From Spirochaetia bacterium (lineage in GTDB: Bacteria > Spirochaetota > Spirochaetia > Treponematales > Breznakiellaceae): a stretch of DNA of 64,000 bases. Position numbers and translations under genes: made by a program. Below are positions 50,038 to 59,626 of this stretch, piece by piece. The stretch spans positions 5,064 through 69,063 of the forward strand of contig BOAV01000003.1 of the NCBI GenBank assembly GCA_026002045.1. Direction: 5' to 3'. Positions within the stretch are counted from its first letter, which is position 1, and every line of letters begins with the position of its first letter. The notes beneath the pieces were generated by a model. That model did not search any database. It was given only the letters and a program-made list of their open reading frames with translations, and was not told the origin of the DNA.

Positions 50038-50067
50038 GTTGTTCAATAACTGAAGTTATTGAACAAC
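50038..50067. promoter_or_regulatory. perfect 13-bp inverted repeat GTTGTTCAATAAC-TGAA-GTTATTGAACAAC just upstream of the outer-membrane protein gene (candidate operator)
   Basis: Read directly from the sequence. It ends 4 nt before the ATG at 50072. A second hairpin GCAAAATGC-TAC-GCATTTTGC lies just upstream (about 50003-50023). Confidence 0.4.
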
Positions 50068-50071
50068 TCTA

Positions 50072-51316
50072 ATGTATGAGGGGGCGGTGATGAAGAAAGT
50101 ACGCAGCTGCAGTTATACTGTTTTTTTATTTGCGGCGATAGTGATTCTGTCGGGTAATGTGCGTATCTCTGCGCAGGACAGCGGAATCAAGGTTTCCGGC
50201 ATTCTGGACAGCAGTGTTACTGTGGGAGCAGGAGCGGGGGATGCGCCGGACTTTTTTTACGGCATCGAAGAATACGCAAACCTGCGCATTCAGGCCCGGC
50301 TTCGGGAAAAGGCGGTGTTTTACGGGGCCTTTAATTTTATCGCCGCATCGGGGACATCTGCCCAGGCCGCAGCGGCCCTCGGCGCGCTGAATGGCGTCAC
50401 CGGGTGGGGGCTTGCGGGATCGACATTTTCCGCCGGGACCCATTATACAGCCGCCCTGGAACTGGAGCGGCTCTACTTCAGGCTGAACTTGAAGTATATC
50501 GACATTGAGACGGGGCTTATGCGGCTGGCCTTTGGGTACGGCCAGGTGTTCGCTCCCACTGACTTCCTCAATCTCCGTAATCACCTGGTTCCCGATGCCC
50601 GTCCCCGGGCCATCCTGGGGGGCGCGCTGTACTACTATCCCGTAGATGCCGCCAAAATTTTTGCCTTTGGAGCCGCCCCCAGGGACCCCTTTGCCTCCGA
50701 CGGAGGAGGTGCCCTTGCGGGGCTTTCCGGGGATTGGCATTGGGACAGGGCCAGCCTCCAGGCCCTCTACGCCTTTGAAACACCCCATGACGGGGCAGAT
50801 CAGGGCGTCCACCGGATGGGGCTTTCCCTAAAGGCGGATATAGAAGTGGGCATCACCGCGGACATGCTCTATACCTATAACGGAGCGGAGGAAACCGGCA
50901 TTGAAGGGCTTGCCGCCGCCGCAGGGATCGATTATTCCTTTTGGGATGGCCGTTTTTATGTCCTTGCGGAGTACCTTTACAGTGGTTCCGCCTCATCAAC
51001 TTCAACAGATAACGGAAATTTGGGCGGTTTTTCCTGCCAACACTACCTTTTTACCCAAATTCTCTACCGTTTCAGCGATTATACCAATGTAAATCTGGGA
51101 TTCCTCACCTCTTTTGACGACCGTTCCTTCACCCCCATCCTCGGAGCGTCCCATGAACTCTTCCAGGGCTTTAGTCTGGACCTTTCCTGCCGCGTACCCC
51201 TGGATTCGAGCGTGTTTCAGGATGGCGGCGAGCGGGGAACCCTGGGCCCCCTGCCCCCGGGAGCCGTCGAAGGCAGCCGGTTTCAGCTAACCCTCAAGGC
51301 CCGGCTTCGTTTTTAA
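50072..51316 (+). CDS. putative outer-membrane beta-barrel protein
   Basis: Signal peptide (FLFAAIVILSGNVRISAQ), alternating beta-strand-like segments rich in G/Y/A, and a C-terminal ...QLTLKARLRF with terminal Phe as in OMP beta-signals. Start may be at MKKVRS (50090). Confidence 0.45.
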   Translation: MYEGAVMKKVRSCSYTVFLFAAIVILSGNVRISAQDSGIKVSGILDSSVTVGAGAGDAPDFFYGIEEYANLRIQARLREKAVFYGAFNFIAASGTSAQAAAALGALNGVTGWGLAGSTFSAGTHYTAALELERLYFRLNLKYIDIETGLMRLAFGYGQVFAPTDFLNLRNHLVPDARPRAILGGALYYYPVDAAKIFAFGAAPRDPFASDGGGALAGLSGDWHWDRASLQALYAFETPHDGADQGVHRMGLSLKADIEVGITADMLYTYNGAEETGIEGLAAAAGIDYSFWDGRFYVLAEYLYSGSASSTSTDNGNLGGFSCQHYLFTQILYRFSDYTNVNLGFLTSFDDRSFTPILGASHELFQGFSLDLSCRVPLDSSVFQDGGERGTLGPLPPGAVEGSRFQLTLKARLRF

Positions 51317-51329
51317 CCAAAATCTCAGG

Positions 51330-52309
51330 TCCCCTCCCTGTGAACAGGATAAACGCATAGGAATTAACAAGAATAACCACGAACAGTTTTTTATAGGCAG
51401 CCAGCTTTGCCTCATGCTTCTTTGCGTCCCGTGCATAGTGATATTCCCCCTTCTCAACATTTGGTAGATTTCAGCAAGTACCCGCCTCCTCAGGCCGGTC
51501 CGTACCAATCCCGCCTTTTTATATTCGCAAAGCCGTTCATATCACCGCCGCAGTTTCAGGCTGCTGTCCAGGACATGATTGAGTGACTAGGTCAGCAGGG
51601 TCGCCGCAAGCTTCCGCCCCTGCTTGTTCGTCCCCCTCATACTGGTCGAAGTATTGGAGTTTGACACTTTGGGAGCAGACCGCAAATAGCGGGTGTTATG
51701 CTTTGAGTTCTTGAACCGGCTCACCTCAATAATATCCGCGATGATCGCTATGGCGATGAAGACGCTTATCCCCTTCACGCTGGTCAAAATCCCGATCTCC
51801 CGCATAAAGGGCGCGGCATAAATCAATACCCTCTCCTTGAGCGCCTCCACATCCGCCTCGTCCCGCTCAAGCCGATCCAGCAGCTGGTTTACCTGAAAGT
51901 TCAGAGCCGTCCCGGGCGAGAGGCCCCGTATTCTGGCCCGGCTTCGTTTGTCGAATATCTCTTCCTGGGTAAACCCGTACAGATGTTCCTTCAATAACGA
52001 GTGTATCCGGTTCTTCAGTTGGGCGTTTTGCTTCTTGTACAGCCGGTAGGTCGAAAAAAGACTCCGTAATTCCTGTATCTCCACAGGCGGCAGGGTCACC
52101 GGACAGGCCGTCTGTTCTCCGGAGAGCACCTGCATCTTGATGAGCCGGCACAGCTTGTCCGCAGACCTTTCATCCCGATAATTTGCATAGTCCCTCCGCA
52201 AAACGTGATTGTTCGGCGGAACTCCGGTATACTTGACCAGCAGACCAAAGGTCTGACGTCTATTCGGGGTATTGATCCGCTTAAAAACCAATCCCCAGGA
52301 AGCATGCAA
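51330..52309 (-). mobile_element. degraded IS110-family transposase gene (N-terminal DEDD region missing, C-terminal frameshifted): IS remnant
   Basis: Track ORF 51587..52309 carries a Transposase_20-like segment (ILTSVKGISVFIAIAIIADIIEVSRFKNSKHNTRYL...SMRGTNKQGRKLAATLLT). Translating another minus-strand frame further downstream gives AKKHEAKLAAYKKLFVVILV, which resembles the IS110 C-terminal tail. No intact N-terminus lies before the esterase gene. Confidence 0.5.
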
Positions 52310-52483
52310 ACGAAGTTTGCCTGCGGTTACCGGTTGTTATTCGTGGTTACGGGGTCAGTGTTCTGCCCCAGGTCCTCAGCAACCGGTAGTTGTCCTTCCG
52401 AACTCCTACAGCATACCAGATAAACCACATACTATTTATCATAGCTTCGTGGTTAATTAATTTCTATTTTGGAACCGGCTCAT

Positions 52484-53239
52484 CTATTTTTCAAAGAAAA
52501 AAACAAGGGCCTTTCTTATTGATGTATCCCAGAAATCCCAGTCATGGGCCCCGGTCCATTCCTGATATTCATGCCCGTAGCCCTGTTCTTTAAGAAGCGC
52601 GGAAAGGCGGCGGTTTTGGTCCAGCCGTATATCTTCCGTGCCGCAGGTGATCATGAGCCGGGGACGTTGGGGGGCGCGGGCCGCAGTACCGGCAATCTCA
52701 AAGAGGTCCTCCCCGGCCATGGGTTCCGGGTTTACCCCAAAGACCCCCTGGAGGCTGCGGTAACCCGGGCTGTCCTTTGGGGTCTCCTCAAGCCGCCAGC
52801 GTATGTCGGTGACCGCGGAAAAGGCGGCGCAGCCTGCGTATTGGCCGGGAAAGTTAAATGCGCATTTCAGGGCGCCGTAACCGCCCATGGAAAGCCCGGC
52901 GATCCAGGTTTTTGAGGGGTTCTGTTCAATATGGAACATCCTGTTGCAGAGTTCCGGCAGCTCTTTGGTTATATAGCTGAAATACGCCCCGCCGAAACGT
53001 TTGTCGGTATAAAAAGTACGCCCCGCCTCGGGCATGATCACCGCGATATCGTATTTACTTACGTAATATTCAAGGCCGGTATAGCGCATCCATGCCTGGG
53101 CGCTCTGGCCCCGGCCGTGGAGCAGGTACAGGACCCCCCGGCAATCGGGCTTATGGGGCTTGTCATGGGGAAGGATGACGGCCAGGGACGTATCGATCTG
53201 AATCGATTCGGATTTTAACTCGCATTGTATGAAGGCCAT
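52484..53239 (-). CDS. esterase family protein (esterase D / S-formylglutathione hydrolase-like)
   Basis: GLSMGGYGAL nucleophile elbow, VLYLLHG, 251 aa. Confidence 0.8.
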   Translation of the reverse strand: MAFIQCELKSESIQIDTSLAVILPHDKPHKPDCRGVLYLLHGRGQSAQAWMRYTGLEYYVSKYDIAVIMPEAGRTFYTDKRFGGAYFSYITKELPELCNRMFHIEQNPSKTWIAGLSMGGYGALKCAFNFPGQYAGCAAFSAVTDIRWRLEETPKDSPGYRSLQGVFGVNPEPMAGEDLFEIAGTAARAPQRPRLMITCGTEDIRLDQNRRLSALLKEQGYGHEYQEWTGAHDWDFWDTSIRKALVFFFEK

Positions 53240-53319
53240 GGGTGAATCATAGGTGATTCGGATGTTTTTTTCAAGATTTTTCCCTTGATTTATCGCAAAA
53301 GGCGGGGTAGGGTGTATAT

Positions 53320-54288
53320 ATGGATGCAGCAGTGCCTGTTTTGAGTGAAGAAGAAGAACGGCTGATCAAAGAGATTGTAGCCTGGCTCGGGGAAAAGAAC
53401 CCCGATGAAAGGGAGATGGTACAGCAGCACATCCAACGCCTCAGGGGCCTGGGGGAAGCGGTTTTCCAATATCCTTCGGTTCGGGAATCCCATGTATTGC
53501 GGGGCGAAGCCCGTGACGGGGATAAGCTCATCGAATCTCTTTGCGCTTTTTCCGGTTCTTCACGTTTGCTTCATCTCCCCACCAAGGTTGTGGCTGCCCG
53601 CAGTTTTCTGGTGGCCAAATTTCATGCCTTTTCGATGCTTGCCCTTTTGGCCCGGGAGAACCCTGAGTATTATAAACCCCTGCGGCGTATCCTTTTTTCG
53701 GTCATCAGCACCCTGATAACCGCAGAGGTCTACCTTTCCTGCCTGGGGGACAGCGCCTTTCCCCGGAACCTCAAGCTGGGGATAGCCAACGACCTTATTG
53801 CCCTCTGGGACAGCGGCACGGACTCCCGCGCCATCCGCCATCTGCCCGCTCTGGAAACCCTCTGGACCGCCCGTGAATCGGCGCCCCCCAGCTTCGGCAC
53901 CATGGACGGTAACAGCGAACTTCTACGGATCACCATCGACATGGGGGATGACTGGCAGGATTTTCTGGTGGAGGAATCCACCAGTGACGAGGCCACCTGG
54001 GCGCTGGAGGAATTTCTTTTCAGCCTTTCCTACGAAGAACTTCAGGAGGTCCGGTCCCGGCTTATCCGTTTTGGAATCCCCGCGGTGAATTACGATGAGA
54101 TCCGCTCCTACCTGGGCCGTAAGCCCTCCTACACCATGGTGAAAGGGGCGGACATCAAAGACATCTATAACTTTTATGTTGACCGCCGGGACGCCGCCCT
54201 GTTCCGCAAAAGGACCGGCGCCTCCGGCCCCATCCATACTTTGGAAGAGCTTTACCTTAAATACCGGATTATCCTGGAGCAGAGCTAA
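53320..54288 (+). CDS. hypothetical protein (no recognisable domain)
   Basis: 322-aa ORF with coding-like composition. Divergent from the esterase gene. I recognise no motifs. Confidence 0.4.
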   Translation: MDAAVPVLSEEEERLIKEIVAWLGEKNPDEREMVQQHIQRLRGLGEAVFQYPSVRESHVLRGEARDGDKLIESLCAFSGSSRLLHLPTKVVAARSFLVAKFHAFSMLALLARENPEYYKPLRRILFSVISTLITAEVYLSCLGDSAFPRNLKLGIANDLIALWDSGTDSRAIRHLPALETLWTARESAPPSFGTMDGNSELLRITIDMGDDWQDFLVEESTSDEATWALEEFLFSLSYEELQEVRSRLIRFGIPAVNYDEIRSYLGRKPSYTMVKGADIKDIYNFYVDRRDAALFRKRTGASGPIHTLEELYLKYRIILEQS

Positions 54289-54306
54289 CACAGACACGGA
54301 GGAGGG

Positions 54307-54322
54307 AGGGCGTCCCACGCCC
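54307..54322. terminator. small GC hairpin between convergent genes (possible terminator)
   Basis: ACGCCC-GAAT-GGGCGT followed by TTCCCTTT, a weak U-tract. Confidence 0.25.
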
Positions 54323-54356
54323 GAATGGGCGTTTCCCTTTGGAACCGGGGTTTATG

Positions 54357-54842
54357 CTATTGTTTTTCGTATTCCTGGACTTCGTTATTGAGACATTCTA
54401 ACCTGACGCCCGCCTGTTCAAACATGGATTCCGAATCCTCCGCGTCATGGTAGCGGCGCTGGCAGACCACCCGGACAATGCCGCAGTTGATGATCAGCAT
54501 GGCGCAGGTCCGGCAGGGGGTCATCCGGCAATAGAGGGTGGCCCCTTCGATGGAGATGCCCCGCTTGGCGGCCTGGCAGATGGCGTTCTGTTCCGCATGG
54601 ACGGTCCGCACACAGTGGGTGGTGATGGTTCCGTCCTCGTGGAGCATTTTTTTGAACTGGTGCCCCACTTCGTCGCAGTGGGGCAGCCCGGCAGGGGCCC
54701 CCACGTAGCCGGTTACCAGGAGCTGGTTGTCCCGGGCGATGACGCAGCCCGAACGGCCCCGGTCACAGGTGGCCCGTTTGGAAATGGCGTCACAGACCTC
54801 CATAAAGTATTCATCCCAGCTGGGCCTTTTGTATGCCGCCAT
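54357..54842 (-). CDS. deoxycytidylate (dCMP) deaminase, ComEB/Dcd-like
   Basis: Zinc-binding HAEQNAI...PCRTCA motifs. 161 aa. Confidence 0.85.
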   Translation of the reverse strand: MAAYKRPSWDEYFMEVCDAISKRATCDRGRSGCVIARDNQLLVTGYVGAPAGLPHCDEVGHQFKKMLHEDGTITTHCVRTVHAEQNAICQAAKRGISIEGATLYCRMTPCRTCAMLIINCGIVRVVCQRRYHDAEDSESMFEQAGVRLECLNNEVQEYEKQ

Positions 54843-54887
54843 TTCATCCTCCCTATGGGCGAAGTATGGGGCTTTTTTTGTCCTTTC

Positions 54888-55481
54888 TCAAGACCGTTGT
54901 TGGGCCAGGTCACGGAGCATCCCCGTATAGGCGCGGCTTTCGATACGGTCTTTTGAGATGCCCAGGCTGTCAAGCAGGGAGAGGAGCCGGTTCCGCCCTG
55001 CGCTTACGGTTTTTTCATCCCTGTTATTGGCGATGATCTCCAGTTCGATAAACCAACCCAGCCCTTCAACTTCGGACAGCTCCGCCCGGACAGGCGGTTC
55101 TCCGGGCAGGGTACAGTTCCAGGCCCAGCCTTTTTTCTTTTTGATGCTTCCCGGACTTAAACCGAAGCGTTCCAGCAGTTCCTCAAAGACCTTGCCATCG
55201 GTGACCTCGAATTCCCGTTCATCGTTTACTTCGATCCCATCCCGGACTTCCTTGACCTTGTAGGTAACCAGGACCCGTTCGGAACTGCGGCTATCGGCGT
55301 CAATATTCTGTTCCCGGCGCACCCTGACGCCGGAACTTCCGGCGAAGCTCCCCGGTACGGATAAAATCCAGTAGGTATCGTCTTTTTCATAAGCACATTC
55401 GTATTCACCCAGGGTGTTGAGCCGTTCTTTCAGCATGAGGGGATCATCAATCCAGGCTTTTAGTTCAATTTCAAAGGCCAT
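54888..55481 (-). CDS. CYTH domain protein (triphosphate tunnel metalloenzyme)
   Basis: Begins MAFEIELKAWID, with an ExExK-type start characteristic of CYTH/class IV adenylyl cyclase-like folds. Confidence 0.65.
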   Translation of the reverse strand: MAFEIELKAWIDDPLMLKERLNTLGEYECAYEKDDTYWILSVPGSFAGSSGVRVRREQNIDADSRSSERVLVTYKVKEVRDGIEVNDEREFEVTDGKVFEELLERFGLSPGSIKKKKGWAWNCTLPGEPPVRAELSEVEGLGWFIELEIIANNRDEKTVSAGRNRLLSLLDSLGISKDRIESRAYTGMLRDLAQQRS

Positions 55482-55614
55482 ATTATTATTAATAGTAGTA
55501 TATTATAATCATCTTTGTTAATATATAAGAAAGTATTGCGCATTATAAAAAATCGGAATATATAATCCATAGCAGGATAAATAAAAAAGGCAGATCTACC
55601 GATAATGAATAAAT

Positions 55615-56538
55615 ATGAACCATCGAAATGGTATTTTCTTTGTTTTCTTCCTCTGCGCCCTTTGTGTCTTTCCACAGGATGCGGTTCATGTGGTGGAGAA
55701 GGACGAAACGATCTACGGCATAGCCCGTTCCTTCAAGGTAAGTCCCGAGGAACTTATGAAATTTAACGGCATCGCCGATGCTTCAAAGCTCCAGGTAGGC
55801 CGGCAGCTGCGGATTCCGGGCGCTTCTGCGGGGAGTGTTCCTTCGGTTAGCGCCGCCGCCCCGGCGGTGACCTATACTGAACACCGGGTGGTAAAAAACG
55901 AAACCCTTTACAGTATCGCCCGGAACAACGGCATTACCCTTGCGGCCCTGCGGAGCGCCAATAATTTTTCCCAGGACCATGTGCTCCGGGAAGGGGAGCG
56001 CATCCGTATACCGACCGCCGGTATCGGCGGGGCCAACGGGACGAGTACAACCACGGCCGTCGGGACCGCACCGCCGCAGCCCGCTACGGTTGCGCCCGCC
56101 GGACAGCCGCAAGCGGCTCCTGCCAGACCGGCGGCAGTTCCCGTGCCTGAACCCCGGTCTACTGCGGCAAAGACAATGGATTCTTCCCTGCGCTGGCCCG
56201 TTGCGGCAAAAGAAGTTGCCTATATGACGGGGAAATTGTCCGGAGTGGTGGTGACCGGCGAAAGGTCCGAATCCGTCAAGAGCCTTACCCAGGGAACGGT
56301 GGTGTCCGCAGGGCCCTACCGCGGCTTTGGAAGGGTGGCGATAATTCAGGTTACCGGAGGTTATTTGTACGTATACGGCGGCTGTGAAAGTTTGACCGTC
56401 AAGGAAGGGGACCGGGTAGGACCCGGGACAGAGCTTGGAAAGCTGGGAATTGATGCGGTTTCACAGAAGCCCCAGCTTTTCTTCATGGTGTACCGGAACA
56501 ATACCCCCATGGACCCCTCCAAGGCGCCCCGCGCGTAG
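55615..56538 (+). CDS. LysM-domain M23 family peptidoglycan metalloendopeptidase
   Basis: Two LysM repeats (HVVEKDETIYGIARSF...; HRVVKNETLYSIARNN...) and a C-terminal M23-like domain. Confidence 0.8.
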   Translation: MNHRNGIFFVFFLCALCVFPQDAVHVVEKDETIYGIARSFKVSPEELMKFNGIADASKLQVGRQLRIPGASAGSVPSVSAAAPAVTYTEHRVVKNETLYSIARNNGITLAALRSANNFSQDHVLREGERIRIPTAGIGGANGTSTTTAVGTAPPQPATVAPAGQPQAAPARPAAVPVPEPRSTAAKTMDSSLRWPVAAKEVAYMTGKLSGVVVTGERSESVKSLTQGTVVSAGPYRGFGRVAIIQVTGGYLYVYGGCESLTVKEGDRVGPGTELGKLGIDAVSQKPQLFFMVYRNNTPMDPSKAPRA

Positions 56539-56619
56539 GGAAAAACCATCACTTTCATTTGAAGATGAAATTTCTTACGAATTATCAAAAAAAAATAGAA
56601 AAAAAATTGAGAAGGTGGT

Positions 56620-57660
56620 ATGATGTCAGCGAGCGTAAAGCGGAATAACAAAAAAGGAACGGTACTTCATCTTATGAATGACGGGGGAAACGACAGGATC
56701 GGGAAATCTCAAACCTCAAGGACTTCCAAAAAACCAAAACCGGCCAAAGAAACGGACCCCCTTGCGCTGTATTTCAAGCAGATTTCAAAATTTCCCCTCC
56801 TTTCTGTTCAGGAAGAACAGAGTATCGGCGAGCGGATCGTCGGAATCAGGAACACCATCAGGGAACTTGAAGAATCCTTCAGGGAAGATCCCGAGGACCC
56901 CGGCTTTAAAAAAGAAAGGGCCGCCCTGGGCAACTCCCTGCTTCTCCATAAAAACAGGATGATCAACTCCAACCTCCGTCTGGTGGTCTCCATCGCGAAA
57001 AATTACCAGCACCGGGGCCTGTCCCTGCTGGATCTTATTGATGAAGGGAACATCGGCCTCATTGAGGCGGTGGAACGTTTTGACTATACCCGGGGCTGCC
57101 GCTTTTCCACCTACGGTACCTGGTGGATCCGTCAGGCCATCATCAAGAGCATTGCCGACAAGGGCCGGGTCATCCGTATCCCCATCCACATGCTCAACAC
57201 CATCAAGAAATGCTATTTTGTGGCCAAACAGCTCACCCAGGATCTGGGCCGTGACCCCAGCGACGAGGAACTTTCCGAATATTTGGGGATAAGCGTTTCC
57301 AAGGTAAAAGAAATAGTAAAACTGTCACAGGAAACCACCAGCCTTGACACCGTTGTGGACGACGGCAACCTTACCCGGCTTGCGGACCTTATCAAGGATG
57401 ACACCCAGGCTGAACCCTTCGAGATGGTTTTTTCCATGACCCTCCAGGAAACCATGGGGGACATCCTTTCCCAGCTTTCCGAACGGGAGATGAAGATCAT
57501 CCAACTCCGTTTTGGCCTCGCGGGCGAAGGCCCCCTCACCCTGGAAGAAACAGGAAAACTGTTGGGCATTACCCGTGAGCGGGTCCGCCAGATCCAGGAA
57601 AAGGCCACCTTCAAACTGCGGAGTCTCAGGGAACTCCGCGAACTGCGCTCGGCTCCATAG
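56620..57660 (+). CDS. RNA polymerase sigma factor, sigma-70 family (RpoS/RpoD-like)
   Basis: Regions 2-4 present: NLRLVVSIAKNY, DLIDEGNIGLIEAVERFD, STYGTWWIRQAI, and a region 4.2 HTH TLEETGKLLGITRERVRQI. Confidence 0.85.
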   Translation: MMSASVKRNNKKGTVLHLMNDGGNDRIGKSQTSRTSKKPKPAKETDPLALYFKQISKFPLLSVQEEQSIGERIVGIRNTIRELEESFREDPEDPGFKKERAALGNSLLLHKNRMINSNLRLVVSIAKNYQHRGLSLLDLIDEGNIGLIEAVERFDYTRGCRFSTYGTWWIRQAIIKSIADKGRVIRIPIHMLNTIKKCYFVAKQLTQDLGRDPSDEELSEYLGISVSKVKEIVKLSQETTSLDTVVDDGNLTRLADLIKDDTQAEPFEMVFSMTLQETMGDILSQLSEREMKIIQLRFGLAGEGPLTLEETGKLLGITRERVRQIQEKATFKLRSLRELRELRSAP

Positions 57661-57679
57661 ACTCAAGGATCCTACATGA

Positions 57680-59623
57680 TCAGAAGAACCGTGTCAGATA
57701 CGTTGAGAACCATGGAAAGTAAGTTACCAGTATTACTACTGCGAGCTGGATCAGCAGAAATGGGAACACATAGCGGCAGATATCCACGAAGGACTTTTTG
57801 AACCGGTAGGATGCGAGGAACAGGTTGAGCCCCACCGGCGGGGTGAGGAAGCCCACTTCAAGATTTACAATAAAGATGATCCCAAGATGCACCGGATCTA
57901 CGCCGTAGGCCAGGCCCAATGGGACGATCAGGGGCAGCACGATGAGGATGGCGGAGAAGATGTCCATCAGGCAGCCCACCACCAGGAGGGCCAGGTTGAG
58001 GAGCAGGAGGAATACGTATTTGGACTGTATGGTCTGCTGCATCCATTCCGCCAAATTTGCCGGGGCGTTGGTATCGATGATGTAGAATGACAGGGATTGT
58101 GAAAGACCGAGTATGGCCAGCACCCCGCCGATGATGGGGACCGCCTTCATGAACACCGCGGGGATTTGGTTAAATTTGATATCCCGGTGTATGATTACTT
58201 CGACAATGAAAATATACAGTACCGCTGCGGCGCCGATTTCCACCGTGGAAAGGAACCCCGTAAAGTAACTTATAATAAGAAAGAAGGGAAGGAGGATTTC
58301 CAGAATCGATCCCTTAAAAGAGGAGAGCGCCCTGCGGAGATGAAAGGGTTCAACGGGGATCTTTGTTTTTACCGAAGCGATTATCCCAAAGATGATCACC
58401 GCAATGACCAGAATAACCCCGGGGATGAATCCCCCCAGAAACATATCAGTAATGTTTATCCTTTCGGAATTTCCCAGGTAACTCAGTGATGTTGATAAAT
58501 TGGCCCATACCAAAATCAGGGGAAGGCTTGGCGGGAAGAGGAGCCCGATGCTTCCCACGGAAGTGAGGAGCCCGATGGAAAATTTTTCATTATATTTACT
58601 GTGTTCCGAGAGGATCGAAAAAAGGATGCCCCCCAGCGCCAGAATCGTGACCCCCGACGCGCCGGTAAATGAGGTAAAAAAGGCGCAGATGATCACCGTG
58701 GCGATGATCATCCCCCCCGGAAGCCAGCTGAAAAGGCTGCGGAAAGTGGTGACCAGCCGTTCCCCGGCCTTGCTTTCGGACAGGAAAAATCCCACCAGGG
58801 TAAAGAGGGGGATCGCAATAATACTGTCACCGGTAAGGGCGGAATAAATATCCGTGGACACAATATCCACGGAGCTGCCGGCGGCCTCCAGAAAAAGCAG
58901 CACCAAGCCCCCCATCACCACAAAGAGGGGGGTCCCCGCCAGGGCTGACACCAGAAGAAAAACCATAGCCGGGACTTTTATATACCAGGCAATGTCGTAG
59001 AAGCTTTCCGTCAGATTATAGGCCCATTCGGGAAGATCATATTCCCAGATAAATTTGGTTATCGAGGGGAAGGAGCAAAGGGTTCCCAACAGTAATACTA
59101 ATACGGGAAATATCCGCTTCCAGCCGGAAAGACCGGTGCGGTGGGCAAAGCGGAGGGCGATGATGCCGTAACCCAGGGGGAGAACAAGTGCAAAGATCCG
59201 GTCAGGCACAAAACCGACGAGCCGTCCCGTAAGGCCGATCTTGATAAACGCAGGGCCTGTCCATGCGAGGATCGTCACAATAAATGCGGACAGCAGGTTG
59301 GTAAAAATACGGAGCCGCCGCTTTATCCTTTCACCCGAGAAATACTGCACCAGTGCGATGGAAAGGTGCGCCTCGGTCCGGGTGGTGATCATCCCTGCGA
59401 ACATCCCCGCCCATAGGAGCAGGTGGGTGATGATGCTTGAGGAGCCGGGAATCCCGATATTGACAGGCAGACCCCGGAGACTCCGTGAAATTACTTCCCA
59501 AAGGGGCAGCAGCGCCAGACCGGCAAGGGAGAAAATGCAGAATCCGTTTTCGATGTTATAGAGGATTGCTTTTATGCGGGACCGTTTTCCCGGCCCCTGA
59601 AGTTCCTGATTTTCCCCTGCCAT
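57680..59623 (-). CDS. TRAP transporter fused small/large permease (DctQ-DctM fusion; TatQ-M-like)
   Basis: 647 aa. N-terminal 4-TM DctQ-like segment then a 12-TM DctM-like segment. Confidence 0.85.
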   Translation of the reverse strand: MAGENQELQGPGKRSRIKAILYNIENGFCIFSLAGLALLPLWEVISRSLRGLPVNIGIPGSSSIITHLLLWAGMFAGMITTRTEAHLSIALVQYFSGERIKRRLRIFTNLLSAFIVTILAWTGPAFIKIGLTGRLVGFVPDRIFALVLPLGYGIIALRFAHRTGLSGWKRIFPVLVLLLGTLCSFPSITKFIWEYDLPEWAYNLTESFYDIAWYIKVPAMVFLLVSALAGTPLFVVMGGLVLLFLEAAGSSVDIVSTDIYSALTGDSIIAIPLFTLVGFFLSESKAGERLVTTFRSLFSWLPGGMIIATVIICAFFTSFTGASGVTILALGGILFSILSEHSKYNEKFSIGLLTSVGSIGLLFPPSLPLILVWANLSTSLSYLGNSERINITDMFLGGFIPGVILVIAVIIFGIIASVKTKIPVEPFHLRRALSSFKGSILEILLPFFLIISYFTGFLSTVEIGAAAVLYIFIVEVIIHRDIKFNQIPAVFMKAVPIIGGVLAILGLSQSLSFYIIDTNAPANLAEWMQQTIQSKYVFLLLLNLALLVVGCLMDIFSAILIVLPLIVPLGLAYGVDPVHLGIIFIVNLEVGFLTPPVGLNLFLASYRFKKSFVDICRYVFPFLLIQLAVVILVTYFPWFSTYLTRFF

Positions 59624-59626
59624 CGT

